Origin: Prasinococcaceae sp. CCMP 1430
Taxonomy: Eukaryota; Plantae; Prasinodermophyta
Length of the DNA: 64,000 bases
NCBI GenBank assembly: GCA_013416795.1
Contig: RQSC01000020.1
Span: 414,735 to 478,734 of the forward strand
Direction of reading: 5' to 3'
Shown: one piece after another, positions 43,781-54,763 of the stretch
Numbering within the stretch: position 1 is the first letter of the stretch
Layout of the letters: each line of letters begins with the position of its first letter
Position numbers and translations under genes: made by a program
The notes under the pieces: model-generated
What the model saw: only the letters and a program-made list of their open reading frames with translations
Databases searched by the model: none
What the model was told of the DNA's origin: nothing

Positions 43781-45337
43781 CGAGCGCGGCGCGCGGCGGC
43801 GGCGCTTGTCGCGCTCGCGGCGGCAGTGGCGGCGGCGCACCCGGCGCACGCCAAACAGGTGAAGGACGCGCTGCAGGCTGACACGCTGACGGGCGCGGAG
43901 CGAGCCGCGGCCTTTGCCGAGTGGGCGGCCGGCGGTGGCGCGACCCTGGAGGGCGTCGAGGTGCGCACGCGGTACGGCGAGGATGGCCCCGGCGCGCAAG
44001 TCGGCGTCTTTGCCACGCGCGACCTGGCGGAGGGCGAGGCTTACCTGAGCGTGCCGCTGTCCAACACGATCGGCCTTGAGACAGCCACGCTGCATCCGGT
44101 GGTCGGAGATATTGTCGAGGGGCTCACACAGGCGGTGGGCCGCGACCCCAAGGGCGCTGCACTGGTGCTACTCATGCACGAGCGACACCTGGGCGCGCGC
44201 TCGCGCTGGCACGGCTGGATCCAGTCGCTGCCCTCGAACTTCACCTCGCCCATCTTCTGGGACGTGGGCACCGCGCGGCTCATGGAGGGCAGCGCTACGC
44301 TCAAGGAGCTCGTCCGCATGATGATGAGCTTCAGGCCGATGTTCAAGACCATCAGCGAGCGCATCTTTGAGCCTGCCAAGGGCCTGGACATCTTCCCGGA
44401 CGACCCCAAGAGGTGCCAGGAGTACCTCATGTGGGCGCTCTCCATCTGGCACTCCCGGGCCTCGCGGATCCCAGGGATGGATTACGACGTGGTCGTTCCC
44501 GGCGCTGACTTCATCAACGACGCGCGTGCGTCGCCCGACGCCGCTGCGCGCGTGGCACGCGGCGACGCGTGCGACGCGCGCCCTGAGCCGAGCTTCGTCG
44601 AGGTCGATCGCGCCCTCGACGTCGCCAACGTGTACAGCAAGCGTCCTTACGTCAAGGGAGAAGAGATAACGGAATTCTACGGCGACATGCCGATGGCCGA
44701 CACGCTCATGTCCGCTGGGTACCTCCCTTCGGACGTGGGGAACGACTGCGCGGCAGTGAGCTTCGAGGCGAAGCACTTCATGGCCATCGAGGGCTCGGCG
44801 CTCGCCAAGGTGGACAAGACAGACTTCACGGCGGCCATCTGCGAGAGCGCCGGCATCCCGGCCGGGCCATTGATGACGTGCGTGCCGCCACACACGCCGA
44901 AGACGATGGCGCAGCTGCGCGATTACTTCCGGACGGCGGCGGCCGCCGAGGTGGTCGCCGAGGCGCAAGTCGCTGGCAAGGCCGAGGAGGAGCTCATCGC
45001 CGCCTCTGATGACGAGCTCGATTCTCGCGCCGCCAGGCTGCTCGCGGGCCTGCTCAGAACGCACCTCAAGGGCTTCACGCGGACGCCCGAGGAGGACGAG
45101 ACCATCCTGGCGACACGGTGGCCCGAGCCCACAGGCGACGAGGAGGAGGACCAGCGCGCCGGGGAGGACTTCGACGTCGCCAAGGCGATGATCCTCGGCG
45201 GCGAGGGCGCCAAGCTCTCCGTGGAGCTGGCCATGCGCGAGAAGCGCGCGATCGCCGCCTACGCCGCCGAGGCGGAGGCCTCCGCCGAGGCGGGCAACGG
45301 CCTCTGCTTCGAGCCCAGGCCCCGGACCTGCCACTGA
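43781..45337 (+). CDS. SET-domain methyltransferase of the Rubisco-LSMT/SETD3 class; start unresolved
   Basis: FAEWAAGGG..GVFATRDL..YLSVPLS..LLMHERHLGARSRWHGWIQSLP..YLMWALSIWHSRA..VVPGADFIND..GEEITEFYG..LMSAGY, and a LSMT substrate-binding-like tail ending AMREKRAI. Confidence 0.85.
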   Translation, partial: RARRAAAALVALAAAVAAAHPAHAKQVKDALQADTLTGAERAAAFAEWAAGGGATLEGVEVRTRYGEDGPGAQVGVFATRDLAEGEAYLSVPLSNTIGLETATLHPVVGDIVEGLTQAVGRDPKGAALVLLMHERHLGARSRWHGWIQSLPSNFTSPIFWDVGTARLMEGSATLKELVRMMMSFRPMFKTISERIFEPAKGLDIFPDDPKRCQEYLMWALSIWHSRASRIPGMDYDVVVPGADFINDARASPDAAARVARGDACDARPEPSFVEVDRALDVANVYSKRPYVKGEEITEFYGDMPMADTLMSAGYLPSDVGNDCAAVSFEAKHFMAIEGSALAKVDKTDFTAAICESAGIPAGPLMTCVPPHTPKTMAQLRDYFRTAAAAEVVAEAQVAGKAEEELIAASDDELDSRAARLLAGLLRTHLKGFTRTPEEDETILATRWPEPTGDEEEDQRAGEDFDVAKAMILGGEGAKLSVELAMREKRAIAAYAAEAEASAEAGNGLCFEPRPRTCH

Positions 45338-45399
45338 TGACCGAGCGGGCCTTCCGCTAACCTCCCCCCCCGGCTCCGATTGGATTGGGGTATTTGGGT

Positions 45400-45407
45400 T
45401 AGGGTTT
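45400..45407 (-). promoter_or_regulatory. Telo-box (AAACCCTA) about 300 bp upstream of the CCCH gene
   Basis: Exact motif in AT-rich intergenic DNA. Function inferred from plant promoters. Confidence 0.4.
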
Positions 45408-45701
45408 GATGTAAGATACGGTTCGCGTCCGTTGTGACTGGGGGGCATTCCTCCTTCCCGTGCGTCGTTATTAACGGATTTGATTTTTTGCCACGGGTGC
45501 GCGTGCATTCATCGAAATGCATTCGGGAAAAACTCTTTGCGTTTTTGAAACCCGCGCTTCCGGAAGCTGCTCGCACGCTGCGCGCGCGCGCGCGCGCGGT
45601 GGCGCCACACTGCGGGCGGGGCGCGAGGGGCGGTGGCGAAGGACCTCGGCGGCATCCTTCTGGACCTCAAATGAACAGGGAGCGAGGGAGCTCCGGCGCC
45701 A

Positions 45702-47712
45702 ATGCCAATGCCGACGCCAGCTGCCGCTGAGGGGGGTGGCGGGGGGGCGCCCGCGGGGGAGGCGCCCGCGCCTTCGTCCCCAGGTGTTCCGAGCGCCGCC
45801 GTGCGCGCGGCGATGCGCGCGGCAATCGCCCGCGCGGTGGCCGCCGACCACCCGGAGCGTTACGACGAGGAAGGAGAGGTGCGTGCGCGCGTGCGCTCAT
45901 TCGCGCGTGGCGCGGCCGCGGCCGCTCCTGCGCCGACTCCTACTCATACTCCTGCCGAGCGCGAACGCCGTCGCGCGCGCGCGCACGCTGACGAGCGCGC
46001 GCGCGCGCGGTGCCAGCAGCCGGTCGAGGTGTGCAAGTACTACCTCAACACGGGCATGTGCAAGTTCGGGCGCGCGTGCCGCTTCCATCACCCGCGCGAA
46101 GCGAGCCGCTGCCCGGAGCTCCTGAACAGCGAGGGCTACCCGCTGCGCCCGGGCGAGCCGCCATGCCCGCACTTTGCGCGCACGGGCGCCTGCAAGTTCG
46201 GCTACGAGTGCAGGTTCGACCATCCGGGGAAGGTGAGGGCGCGTGACTGCGCGTTCGAGCGAGCGGGCGCGCGCATTTCACGCGCGGCGGCTCGCGGTGG
46301 TGCGCGCGGGCTGACGTACGCGCGTCCGCCAGCTGGGCAACGAGCACACGCTCCCGGCGCCGAACCTGTGGATAAACTCAAAGGCATCGGCAGACGCGCC
46401 CCAAATCCCAGCCATGGGGGCCGACACGGAGACCGATGCGATGGAAGGCGCCCAGGTGGGTGGTGAGAAGAGCTTGGCAAACGGGGACACCGCGGAGGGG
46501 AACTTGACGGCTGCGCGCGCCGACGCGGACGCTTCCGAGGCCAAGGCTGACGACACCACGGCCGACCGCCGCAAAGCGAGACCGCACGCCACCCCGGTCA
46601 CGCGTGGCGGCAAGAGGGATGGTGCCAGCGCATCGGTCCAGGTCTCAAGTGGTGCCGGCGCCTCCAGGGGCCCACCGCGGCGTGCCTCGCGGGGCAGCGG
46701 CTCGTCGCGCCGCTCGCAGATGGCCACCGCCCGCGACCAGTACGAGCGCGCATGGGCAGCGATAGCCTCGCAGCCCATCACACCGTACGTTGGGGTCGCG
46801 GATGGCAGCCCCCATATCATGCAGGCCGCGCACGCCCAGGGACAGCTGGCGCTTGCGCATGCGCAGCCGGCCAACGCGCACAGCAGCTACCTGGCCACCG
46901 CGACCGTCGCGCAGCCATTCCCTGCGATGCACGGCGCTGCAGTGCCGTGGATGCCCGTGATGGTGCCAGTTGCGGGTGCGCATTTCGCAGTAGGTTCGCC
47001 TCCCTCGGGCGCGCGCATCACACCCGTCGTCGGGTCCGCTGAGGTGCCTGTCAACGTGGCGACGCCGGTGGGTCCGGCGGGGCTCTCGAACGGGCCGGCG
47101 ATGCGCACGCAGAACGCGCATGCCAATTCCTCGGGTGGCCCGCAAGGCACGCGTCCGCAGGACGCGCACTCTTACCCCGCGTACATGTACACGTCCGCTC
47201 AGCCTGCGGCATATGTGAGCGGCGGGCCGGCGGGCGCCGTCGGTGCAGAGGACGCGGCAAGCGCCGAGGCGCTCGCCGCTATGTCGCTCGGTGGCGTGAG
47301 CGTGCCATCCACTCCGTACATGATGTACCCCGTGGCGTATGCGCCAGGCGGCATCCACCCCGCATATTTGCAGGGAGCGCAGGCCGCAGCATACGCAGGC
47401 GCTGGCGTGCCCGCGGTGACGCCGGCGCCGGCGCACGCGCACGCGCACGCGCCCGCGCAGCAGGGACACGCGCACCAGACGGCAACTGCGCCCCCGGAAG
47501 CGCCCAACGGCGAAGCGCACGCGGACACCGAAGCGACTCGTGGCACCGATGTCGATACCGCGCCTTCTTTCTCCGAGGCAACGAGCAGCGTGGGCGTGAG
47601 CGCATCCTCCAAGGGCGACGGGCTCGCGACCGCCGATGCGTCGGCAGCGACTACATCAGGCAACACTGCGGCGGTGGCTGACGGCGAGGCTGCTTCGACC
47701 GCTTCGCAATGA
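45702..47712 (+). CDS. Tandem CCCH zinc-finger RNA-binding protein (plant ZFN/HUA1-like); 3 exons
   Basis: CKYYLNTGMCKFGRACRFHHP..LNSEGYPLRPGEPPCPHFARTGACKFGYECRFDHP, then a long low-complexity tail. Confidence 0.85.
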
Positions 47713-47922
47713 TGCAGGCAGCCTGTTGCTGGACATGCTTGAACCCCCTTCAGGCCGCCCGGCTAGCGCGCGCGAGAGCGCGTCGGAGCCAGCCAGGAAG
47801 GACCCACGAGCGTGAGTAAGTCGCAGGTGTTTAAAGACTGGTGAAATTTTGAGTTGAGGAGATGATACACGCCTCCACGCGCATGCACACTGGCGCTAGT
47901 TTCAGCTCCTGTAGCTATGGAC

Positions 47923-49483
47923 CTAGGAAATGACGCATTTGTCCTTGGCCTTGTCCTTCACCGAGCGCTTGCCGGTGTGCCCCTGCTGCCGCCGCTGGCG
48001 TCGCTGTGCCTGCGTTTGTTGGGCGTGCGCCTGCTGCGCCTGTCGAACATGAGATGACTGTCCCTGCTCACGCGCGCGCCGCTGCCGCCGTTGACGCTCT
48101 TCCTCCTCGTCGGCAAGCGCAAGTGCTAGCGCAAAGTCTGCATCGAGATCGCCAGCCGCCCCGGGAGTGTTGGCGACGCTCTCCTGCGCCCTTTGCGCCT
48201 CGCGTACTTGTTGTAGCATGCGCGCCTGTGCGCGCGCCTCACCCGACTGCGGCGCAGGGGCGCGCGGCGCCTCAGCCGCGCTTGCGAGGAGCGCCGCCGC
48301 CATCTGCGCCTGCTCGGATTCGGTCATCTGACTCTGGGCGGGTGCATGGTGCGAAAAGTCCGCCCCGACGTACTGAGTGTCCCCGCTCACGCCATCTAAC
48401 TTCTCCCACACGACGCTCGCCTCCCGCATGAAGCCCTGGTCGGTCGCCAGCAGGTAGACCTCCCCGCCTATCTTGAATATGGTGCCGAAGTGGTTGTTTC
48501 GAAACAGCACGGCCAGCTGGCGCTCGCGCACGGCAGCCTTGAGCTCGACAAGCCCGCGCGGCGTGAGCTGCGACTGCGTGCGGTCGAGGAAGTCCGAAAG
48601 GGTAGCGACCTCTTGCGCACGCGCAGCGGCGGCCTCATCCCCGGCCTCCTGTTCCCCCCCCCCTCCGTCATTGAGCGCGATCAGCCTCTCGACCAGCGTG
48701 TTATACGTGTGCCTCGTTACGTACCGCGCCTCGGCTGCGTCCGCTGAGTCGGCGACCCAGCCGTGACACAGCAAGATGTCGAGCAGATCGAAGATTGCAC
48801 ACTCCCCGGTGAACTCGAAGCGCGTGGTGCCACCGAAGGCCACATTCACGTCGAGGCCCGTTGCGAGCTTCGGCAGCACCGCAAGCGTGTCGGCGATGTT
48901 CTGCCGCAGATTGACCCCCGAGGCGTCGACGGTCACATCTGCCCCTGGCCCTCCACTTCTGCCACCGGGCGCGGTCGCCCGCTCGTTTGCGTCAAGCAAG
49001 TGCCCAGCCACCAGCGCGGTGAGGCCCTCCAGGGACACGTCTGTCTGGTCTTCGCGCAGCGAGATTGCGTTGCGCAGCAGCAGCACGTTGGCGATCGCGA
49101 GCAGCGGGCACGGGCCATTTTTGCTCTGCATCACCACGGCGCGGCGGGCCCCGAGGAAGTCGATGCGACGCACCGCGCATGTCGAGGGCTCGCCGCTCGC
49201 TGGTGCATCCGGCGGCCTCGGCGCGGAAACAGCGGGCGCGGGCGGGTCGGGCGCGAGAGCCTCGAGCGCAACGGCGGGAATCTCGTGCAGTGGCGCGGGC
49301 ACCTCGAATGATGCCTTGGTAGGCGCACCGATCGCAGGAGCGCGCATCTCCGCGGATGGCGGAGATGCGGGCGCGGGCGCCTCGAGGGTAGGTGCAGGAG
49401 TCTCGGGCACGGCCGCAGGAGCCTCGGGCGCGGCCGCAGGAGCCTCGGGCGCGGCCGCCTCGGGCGCCGCCGCAGGCTCGTCG
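47923..49483 (-). CDS. MINDY1: MINDY1/2 (FAM63) K48 deubiquitinase; native 5' end not visible
   Basis: Catalytic QSKNGPCPLLAIANVLLL, GLDVNV, IFDLLDILLCHGW, FRNNHF, LLATDQGF..VVWEKL; MIU-like DFALALALADEE; C-terminal CaaX CVIS. Confidence 0.9.
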
Positions 49484-49705
49484 ACCTCGAGGCGCTGTAC
49501 TCGGGTGACACGGCGGCGGCGATGAGGTGCCTGCGCCAGGAGCTCGCCCCCGCGGCCGCTGCCGCCAAGGCGGCCGCCAACGTCGATGAGCTGGCGCTGG
49601 CGATGCTGCTCAGGAAGGGCTGCTCGTCCGAGGTTGATGCGCCGCCCACGGGGTCTGCGCTGCCTACCATGGCACAGCTCGCGCTGTGCATGGCCACCAA
49701 AGGCG
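49484..49705 (+). pseudogene. Duplicated 222-bp fragment of the WDR26 CTLH exon (source 37344-37565)
   Basis: Gap-free alignment at offset 12140 with 9 mismatches counted by eye (about 96% identity). Confidence 0.9.
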
Positions 49706-50045
49706 ACAGGGCGCTCCGAGGGGGTGGTGGGCTGACTCCGGTGGTGTTTAGAAACACCGGTGTGACTCCCCCTCAACGTCCCAACCCCCCACCGCCCCCG
49801 CCGCGCGGGGCACGCGCTCTGCCCCCGCCGCAACACCCGCCTCGCCGCCGGCCCACCGCGGCGGTGTGCTGCAGTTCCCCGCACGTCCGCCACGTCAAAC
49901 TGAATGGCCGCGCATCGATATCGATGTCGTGTGTGGAATACACATATCTTATGTATATGTAAATTAACCACGGGAGATCAGACACGTGCGATTTGACGTT
50001 TAGCTGTTCCCCTGAGCGGCGACAGCGCTGCGTGGAGGGTGAGGT

Positions 50046-52538
50046 GTGTGTGGACCGCGGCGGCGGCGGCGGCCAAGGCGGGCGCGCGTGACAGGCCAGA
50101 CGAGCGTGGCGGCGCTCGCTCGCTCGCTCGCTCGCGCGCACGCCGCCGCGGGCGCGCGCGCCGCAGAAGCGCCGCACCTTGTCGTGCTTCTGCCCACGCC
50201 ACGCGAGGACGCCGCTGCGGCGCTCGCCGCGGAGATGCCAGGCCTCGCCGAATGCAACCGGACGGTCGTCCAGGCGCGCGCACGCACGCCTGCGCGCGCC
50301 CGCGAGTGCGCGAGCGCCCGTGCAGACGAGGGCGCGCTGCGTGACGCCAAGGCGCACAAATGTGGCGGTGCCGAGGGCGTCCTCGGCGTGCGCGTGGTCC
50401 TGCACGACTGCGCACCGCTGCCGAACCCGTTCGCGTCCGCCGAGGCCCGATACGCGGGCGTCTTCACCAAGCTGCGCGCCTGGTCGCTGCACGCCGCGCC
50501 GTTCAAGGCGCGGCGAGCGCTCTTCCTCGATGCGGACACGCTAGTGCTCGACGACGTTAGGGATCTCTTCGAAAGGGTGGATCCTCGCCTGCCGCGCCAC
50601 GTGGTCGCGGCCCCCGACGTCCTGGCCCCCGACCGCTTCAACGCAGGTGTGCTGGCCTTCGCCGTTGCCCCCGCCGCGGAGGCGTCGCTGCTTGCCGCGC
50701 TCGCCTCGGGGAGCCTCGGCAGCTACGACGCAGGTGACCAGGGGTGGCTCAACGAGTACTTCAGCGGCTGGTACGAGAGCGACGCGCGCTTCAGGCTACC
50801 GCTGGCGTACAACCTGCCCGCGGAGGTGGCAGCGCGCGAGCCCATGCTCTTCAGATCCCTGTGCGAGGGCGCCGCGGCCCATGGCACGGCCACCCCTCCC
50901 TGTCCCCGTGTCCCCCGCGCGCTCCTCGGCGCGGGCTGCGGGGCACGCGTGCTCCACTTCTGGGGCGGCGGCAACGCCAAGCCGTGGGCGGCCTCCTATG
51001 CGGCCTTCTTCGACGCCGCCGAGGGGGGCACAGCGGCGAGGCGGAGAAAGCTGCGCGCGCGGCTGGGCGCCGAGCGCTACGCGATGCTGGCGGCCTGGTG
51101 GCGGATCTACCTCGACGACGACCCTCGCCTCGAGCGTCTCCTTAGCGAGGACGATGACGTCGCATCTTTCGAGTGCCCGAGAGGCCACGATGGGGGCAAG
51201 CAGGCGATTGCGAGCCACGGCAGCGCCCGCGTCCCCGGGGAGGAGGTTGTGGGCGAGGTCCTTGGCGAGGCCCTCGAGAATGAAGGGGGCGCCGAGAGAC
51301 ACGAGGAGCTCGCTGGTGAGAAATTTGAGACCGTTCGGGACACCCAGGGCATCTTCGAGGGCGCCGACGTGCGAGGGGCCGAGGACGCGCCAGCAGAGGG
51401 CGCGCACGCGCGCGCACGGGTGTGCCCAGCTCAGGGCAAAGCGTATGACGCCGGGGCAGCCTTCTGGAGGCGCGTGGGCTCAACCGAATTTGCGACGCGC
51501 ATGCTCGCGGGCGTGAATTCTCTACCCGAGGAGGTCGATAGTGATACGGACAGCGACGACGAGGAGCACACGCCCGCGCTGCTGGCCGCGGCGCGGCGCG
51601 CCCGTGCAACCGCGCTGCGGGCGGGAGTGGTGCCTGTGTTGGTTGACCCGGGCGCCGAGGAGGTGCGGAGCCATCTGCGGAGCGGCTGCCCATGTGTAGT
51701 CAGGGGCTGGTTGCCGCGCTGGCGGTGCTACACGTCAGGCGCTTTCACGCTCGCTGCGCTCGCGGCAAGGCGGCCATCCCTCGAGGTGCGCATTGACACG
51801 AACGGGCGCTCCGAGGGCGGCGGCGCGCCCGAGTGGCGCGTCATGACGCTGGCGGAATTCGAGGACGCGGTGGCGCGCGCAGGCAGCGACGCCAAAGCCA
51901 GCTCGCGCGAGCTGCCGTACCTGCGGCTGTGGACATACGCCCAGGACTTTCCCGAGCTGGCGAAAATGGTCGTGGCCGACGCGGCCGACGGACCGTTCAA
52001 GGATCACACTGCAGCAGTCTTAGCTGGCACCAAGGGCGTGCAGCGGCGCCCCTCGAGCCTTCCCTGGTGGGTCTTCGCCGGGCCGCCGGGCACGCGCGCG
52101 CCGCTGCATGTCGACCCGTACGCGTCGCATGCCTGGTTTGCGCAGCTCTGCGGCGCCAAGCGCTTTGAGCTCTACCCGCCAGAGGATTGCAAGCTGTTGC
52201 ACGACGGCGCCGACTTCGTCGATGCGGACGCGCTCAGGCGCGCGCAGCGCGTGTCCGAGGGTGGTGGAAGCGCGCACGGCTCACACGTGCGGTGCGACAC
52301 GGGCGTGACGCTGCTCGAGAGATTCCCCAAGGCGCTCTGCGCGCGCAGGGTGACGGCGGCAGTCGGCGAGGGCGATCTGCTCGTGCTGCCAGCGAACTGG
52401 GCCCACGCCGTGTACGCCGACAGCGCGGGCGAGGGCAACGCGTGCGTGAGCCTCACGCACAACTTCGTTGACAAGGCTGGGGCGGCCGAGCTGCGCGCGC
52501 TGTACGCGCGCTTCCGGCTGAACAAGGCGGTCAAGTGA
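50046..52538 (+). CDS. GT8 (glycogenin-like) glycosyltransferase fused to a JmjC 2-oxoglutarate oxygenase; start unresolved
   Basis: Single 830-aa ORF. GT8: FTKLRAW, LFLDAD (50529-50537), FNAGV, GDQGWLNEYF, LPLAYN, VLHF..KPW. JmjC: PLHVD (52107-52115), GAKRF, WAHAV (52404-52406), SLTHNF. Confidence 0.85.
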   Translation: MCGPRRRRRPRRARVTGQTSVAALARSLARAHAAAGARAAEAPHLVVLLPTPREDAAAALAAEMPGLAECNRTVVQARARTPARARECASARADEGALRDAKAHKCGGAEGVLGVRVVLHDCAPLPNPFASAEARYAGVFTKLRAWSLHAAPFKARRALFLDADTLVLDDVRDLFERVDPRLPRHVVAAPDVLAPDRFNAGVLAFAVAPAAEASLLAALASGSLGSYDAGDQGWLNEYFSGWYESDARFRLPLAYNLPAEVAAREPMLFRSLCEGAAAHGTATPPCPRVPRALLGAGCGARVLHFWGGGNAKPWAASYAAFFDAAEGGTAARRRKLRARLGAERYAMLAAWWRIYLDDDPRLERLLSEDDDVASFECPRGHDGGKQAIASHGSARVPGEEVVGEVLGEALENEGGAERHEELAGEKFETVRDTQGIFEGADVRGAEDAPAEGAHARARVCPAQGKAYDAGAAFWRRVGSTEFATRMLAGVNSLPEEVDSDTDSDDEEHTPALLAAARRARATALRAGVVPVLVDPGAEEVRSHLRSGCPCVVRGWLPRWRCYTSGAFTLAALAARRPSLEVRIDTNGRSEGGGAPEWRVMTLAEFEDAVARAGSDAKASSRELPYLRLWTYAQDFPELAKMVVADAADGPFKDHTAAVLAGTKGVQRRPSSLPWWVFAGPPGTRAPLHVDPYASHAWFAQLCGAKRFELYPPEDCKLLHDGADFVDADALRRAQRVSEGGGSAHGSHVRCDTGVTLLERFPKALCARRVTAAVGEGDLLVLPANWAHAVYADSAGEGNACVSLTHNFVDKAGAAELRALYARFRLNKAVK

Positions 52539-52798
52539 GTCGTCGCAGCCATTTGAGCTGGATGACGACCGGCCGAGAGCTTGCAGAATGCCTGCGTGCC
52601 CGCGCGCCCGAGAGCTCACAAACGCCACACATGTTGTACGTACGATCTGTGTACATTGCAGTCATTAACAAAAATAACACGTATGTGTGCGTGTGCGTGT
52701 GCGGCGGCGGCGGTGGTGGTCGCGGTGGGGGGAGGTGGGTCCGCTGGTCGAGCGCACCGCTTGCACTCGCCCCACCTCCCTCCCGATGTTCACGCGCC

Positions 52799-53744
52799 TC
52801 AAGTCGCGACGAGCGTGCCCCAGTTCTGCTTGGTCTCGTCGCTCAGCTTGGCCCATGCCATGCGCACGTCCTGCAGAAAGGCCACGTGCACGTCGCCCGT
52901 CGACGAGGCGTCGTCGAGGCCTTGCGCGCGCATGCGCGCCCGGCGCTCGTCGCCCTTGCGGATGAAGGCGTTGGCGACGTCGAACGGATCGTCGCCGGTC
53001 GGGCCACCGCCGAGCATGATGCCGACATCGACTCGCTGACTCTGGGTCATGGCCCACTCCAACACCGCCAGATTGTTCTTGGACACCATGTGGATGCAGT
53101 CCACCGGGCAGACCTCCATGGCCTCCTGAATCTCGTCCTCCTCATTACCCCACTGCGTGTGCACGCGCGCCCGACCCCACATCTCCTCGTGCCCAAAGGT
53201 CCCGGGGCACACGTGAACGCATTGCATACACCCGATGCACGCCGACTCGTCGACGAAGGTCGCACGCTGGTCGCCAGGCCCGCGCGAAGGGTCGTCACGC
53301 GCCCACTTGGACAAAGGCTCGCCCGTGTACCCCACCTTGATGTGCGCTCGCAACGCCTCCACCTCGGAATCGTATATGCGACGCAGCGACGGATCCGAGA
53401 GCGCCGCGTACGCCTCGTTCATCAGGATGCACACCTCCATGGTCTCGGGCCCGGCGATGTCCGGGTGGCAGCGCTTCTGCAGCCTGCGGTACGCCTCCTT
53501 GATCTGGGCGTCGGACGCGGAGGGGTCGACGTCGAGCATCTCGTAGAAATCGCGAGGATACACGCCGTCGTCGGCGACGCTCCCGAGCGCCGACAGGGAG
53601 CCTCTGGCGCGCGCGTTCTCCTTGCCCACGAACTCGAGGCCCGTCTCAGCGGCGCCATCCGAGGCGGTCGCGCTCGCTCGCGCTGGCGCGCGCGCGTCCG
53701 CGCGGCCTCGCAGCGCCCGCCGCGGCGCTCGTGCCGCTTGCGGC
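52799..53744 (-). CDS. Plastid DnaJ + 4Fe-4S ferredoxin protein (CDJ3/4, DJC76-type), copy A; 5' end in gap
   Basis: J domain DFYEML..QIKEAYRRLQKRCHPD..MNEAYAALSD and Fd FVDESACIGCMQC..CPVDCIH. Confidence 0.9.
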
Positions 53745-54559
53745 NNNNNNNNNNNNNNNNNNNNNNNNNNNNNNNNNNNNNNNNNNNNNNNNNNNNNNNN
53801 NNNNNNNNNNNNNNNNNNNNNNNNNNNNNNNNNNNNNNNNNNNNNNNNNNNNNNNNNNNNNNNNNNNNNNNNNNNNNNNNNNNNNNNNNNNNNNNNNNNN
53901 NNNNNNNNNNNNNNNNNNNNNNNNNNNNNNNNNNNNNNNNNNNNNNNNNNNNNNNNNNNNNNNNNNNNNNNNNNNNNNNNNNNNNNNNNNNNNNNNNNNN
54001 NNNNNNNNNNNNNNNNNNNNNNNNNNNNNNNNNNNNNNNNNNNNNNNNNNNNNNNNNNNNNNNNNNNNNNNNNNNNNNNNNNNNNNNNNNNNNNNNNNNN
54101 NNNNNNNNNNNNNNNNNNNNNNNNNNNNNNNNNNNNNNNNNNNNNNNNNNNNNNNNNNNNNNNNNNNNNNNNNNNNNNNNNNNNNNNNNNNNNNNNNNNN
54201 NNNNNNNNNNNNNNNNNNNNNNNNNNNNNNNNNNNNNNNNNNNNNNNNNNNNNNNNNNNNNNNNNNNNNNNNNNNNNNNNNNNNNNNNNNNNNNNNNNNN
54301 NNNNNNNNNNNNNNNNNNNNNNNNNNNNNNNNNNNNNNNNNNNNNNNNNNNNNNNNNNNNNNNNNNNNNNNNNNNNNNNNNNNNNNNNNNNNNNNNNNNN
54401 NNNNNNNNNNNNNNNNNNNNNNNNNNNNNNNNNNNNNNNNNNNNNNNNNNNNNNNNNNNNNNNNNNNNNNNNNNNNNNNNNNNNNNNNNNNNNNNNNNNN
54501 NNNNNNNNNNNNNNNNNNNNNNNNNNNNNNNNNNNNNNNNNNNNNNNNNNNNNNNNNNN
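53745..54559. other. Assembly gap
   Basis: N run. Confidence 1.
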
Positions 54560-54763
54560 GAGCCCGGCGCGGGGACCGCGCGGCCGCGGGCCGCGGCGCT
54601 GTCGTCGCGGACTGCGCGGACACCCGCGCGGGCGCGCGCGCGTGTTTGTGTACACACACGCCGAAGTAATTACAGGGGGCTCCGTCCGCTGGTCGATGGC
54701 CGGCCCACTCGCACACACACCGTTGCGCTGCGCGCGATCGACCCTCCGGAGCGTTCGAGCGCC

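Noticed and set aside
49736-49765. Helitron 3' hairpin (ggtgttt-ag-aaacacc) explaining the WDR26 fragment capture
   Set aside because: No CTRR terminus at the expected distance on either strand, no clear 5' TC/AT target site, and no Rep-helicase in the window.
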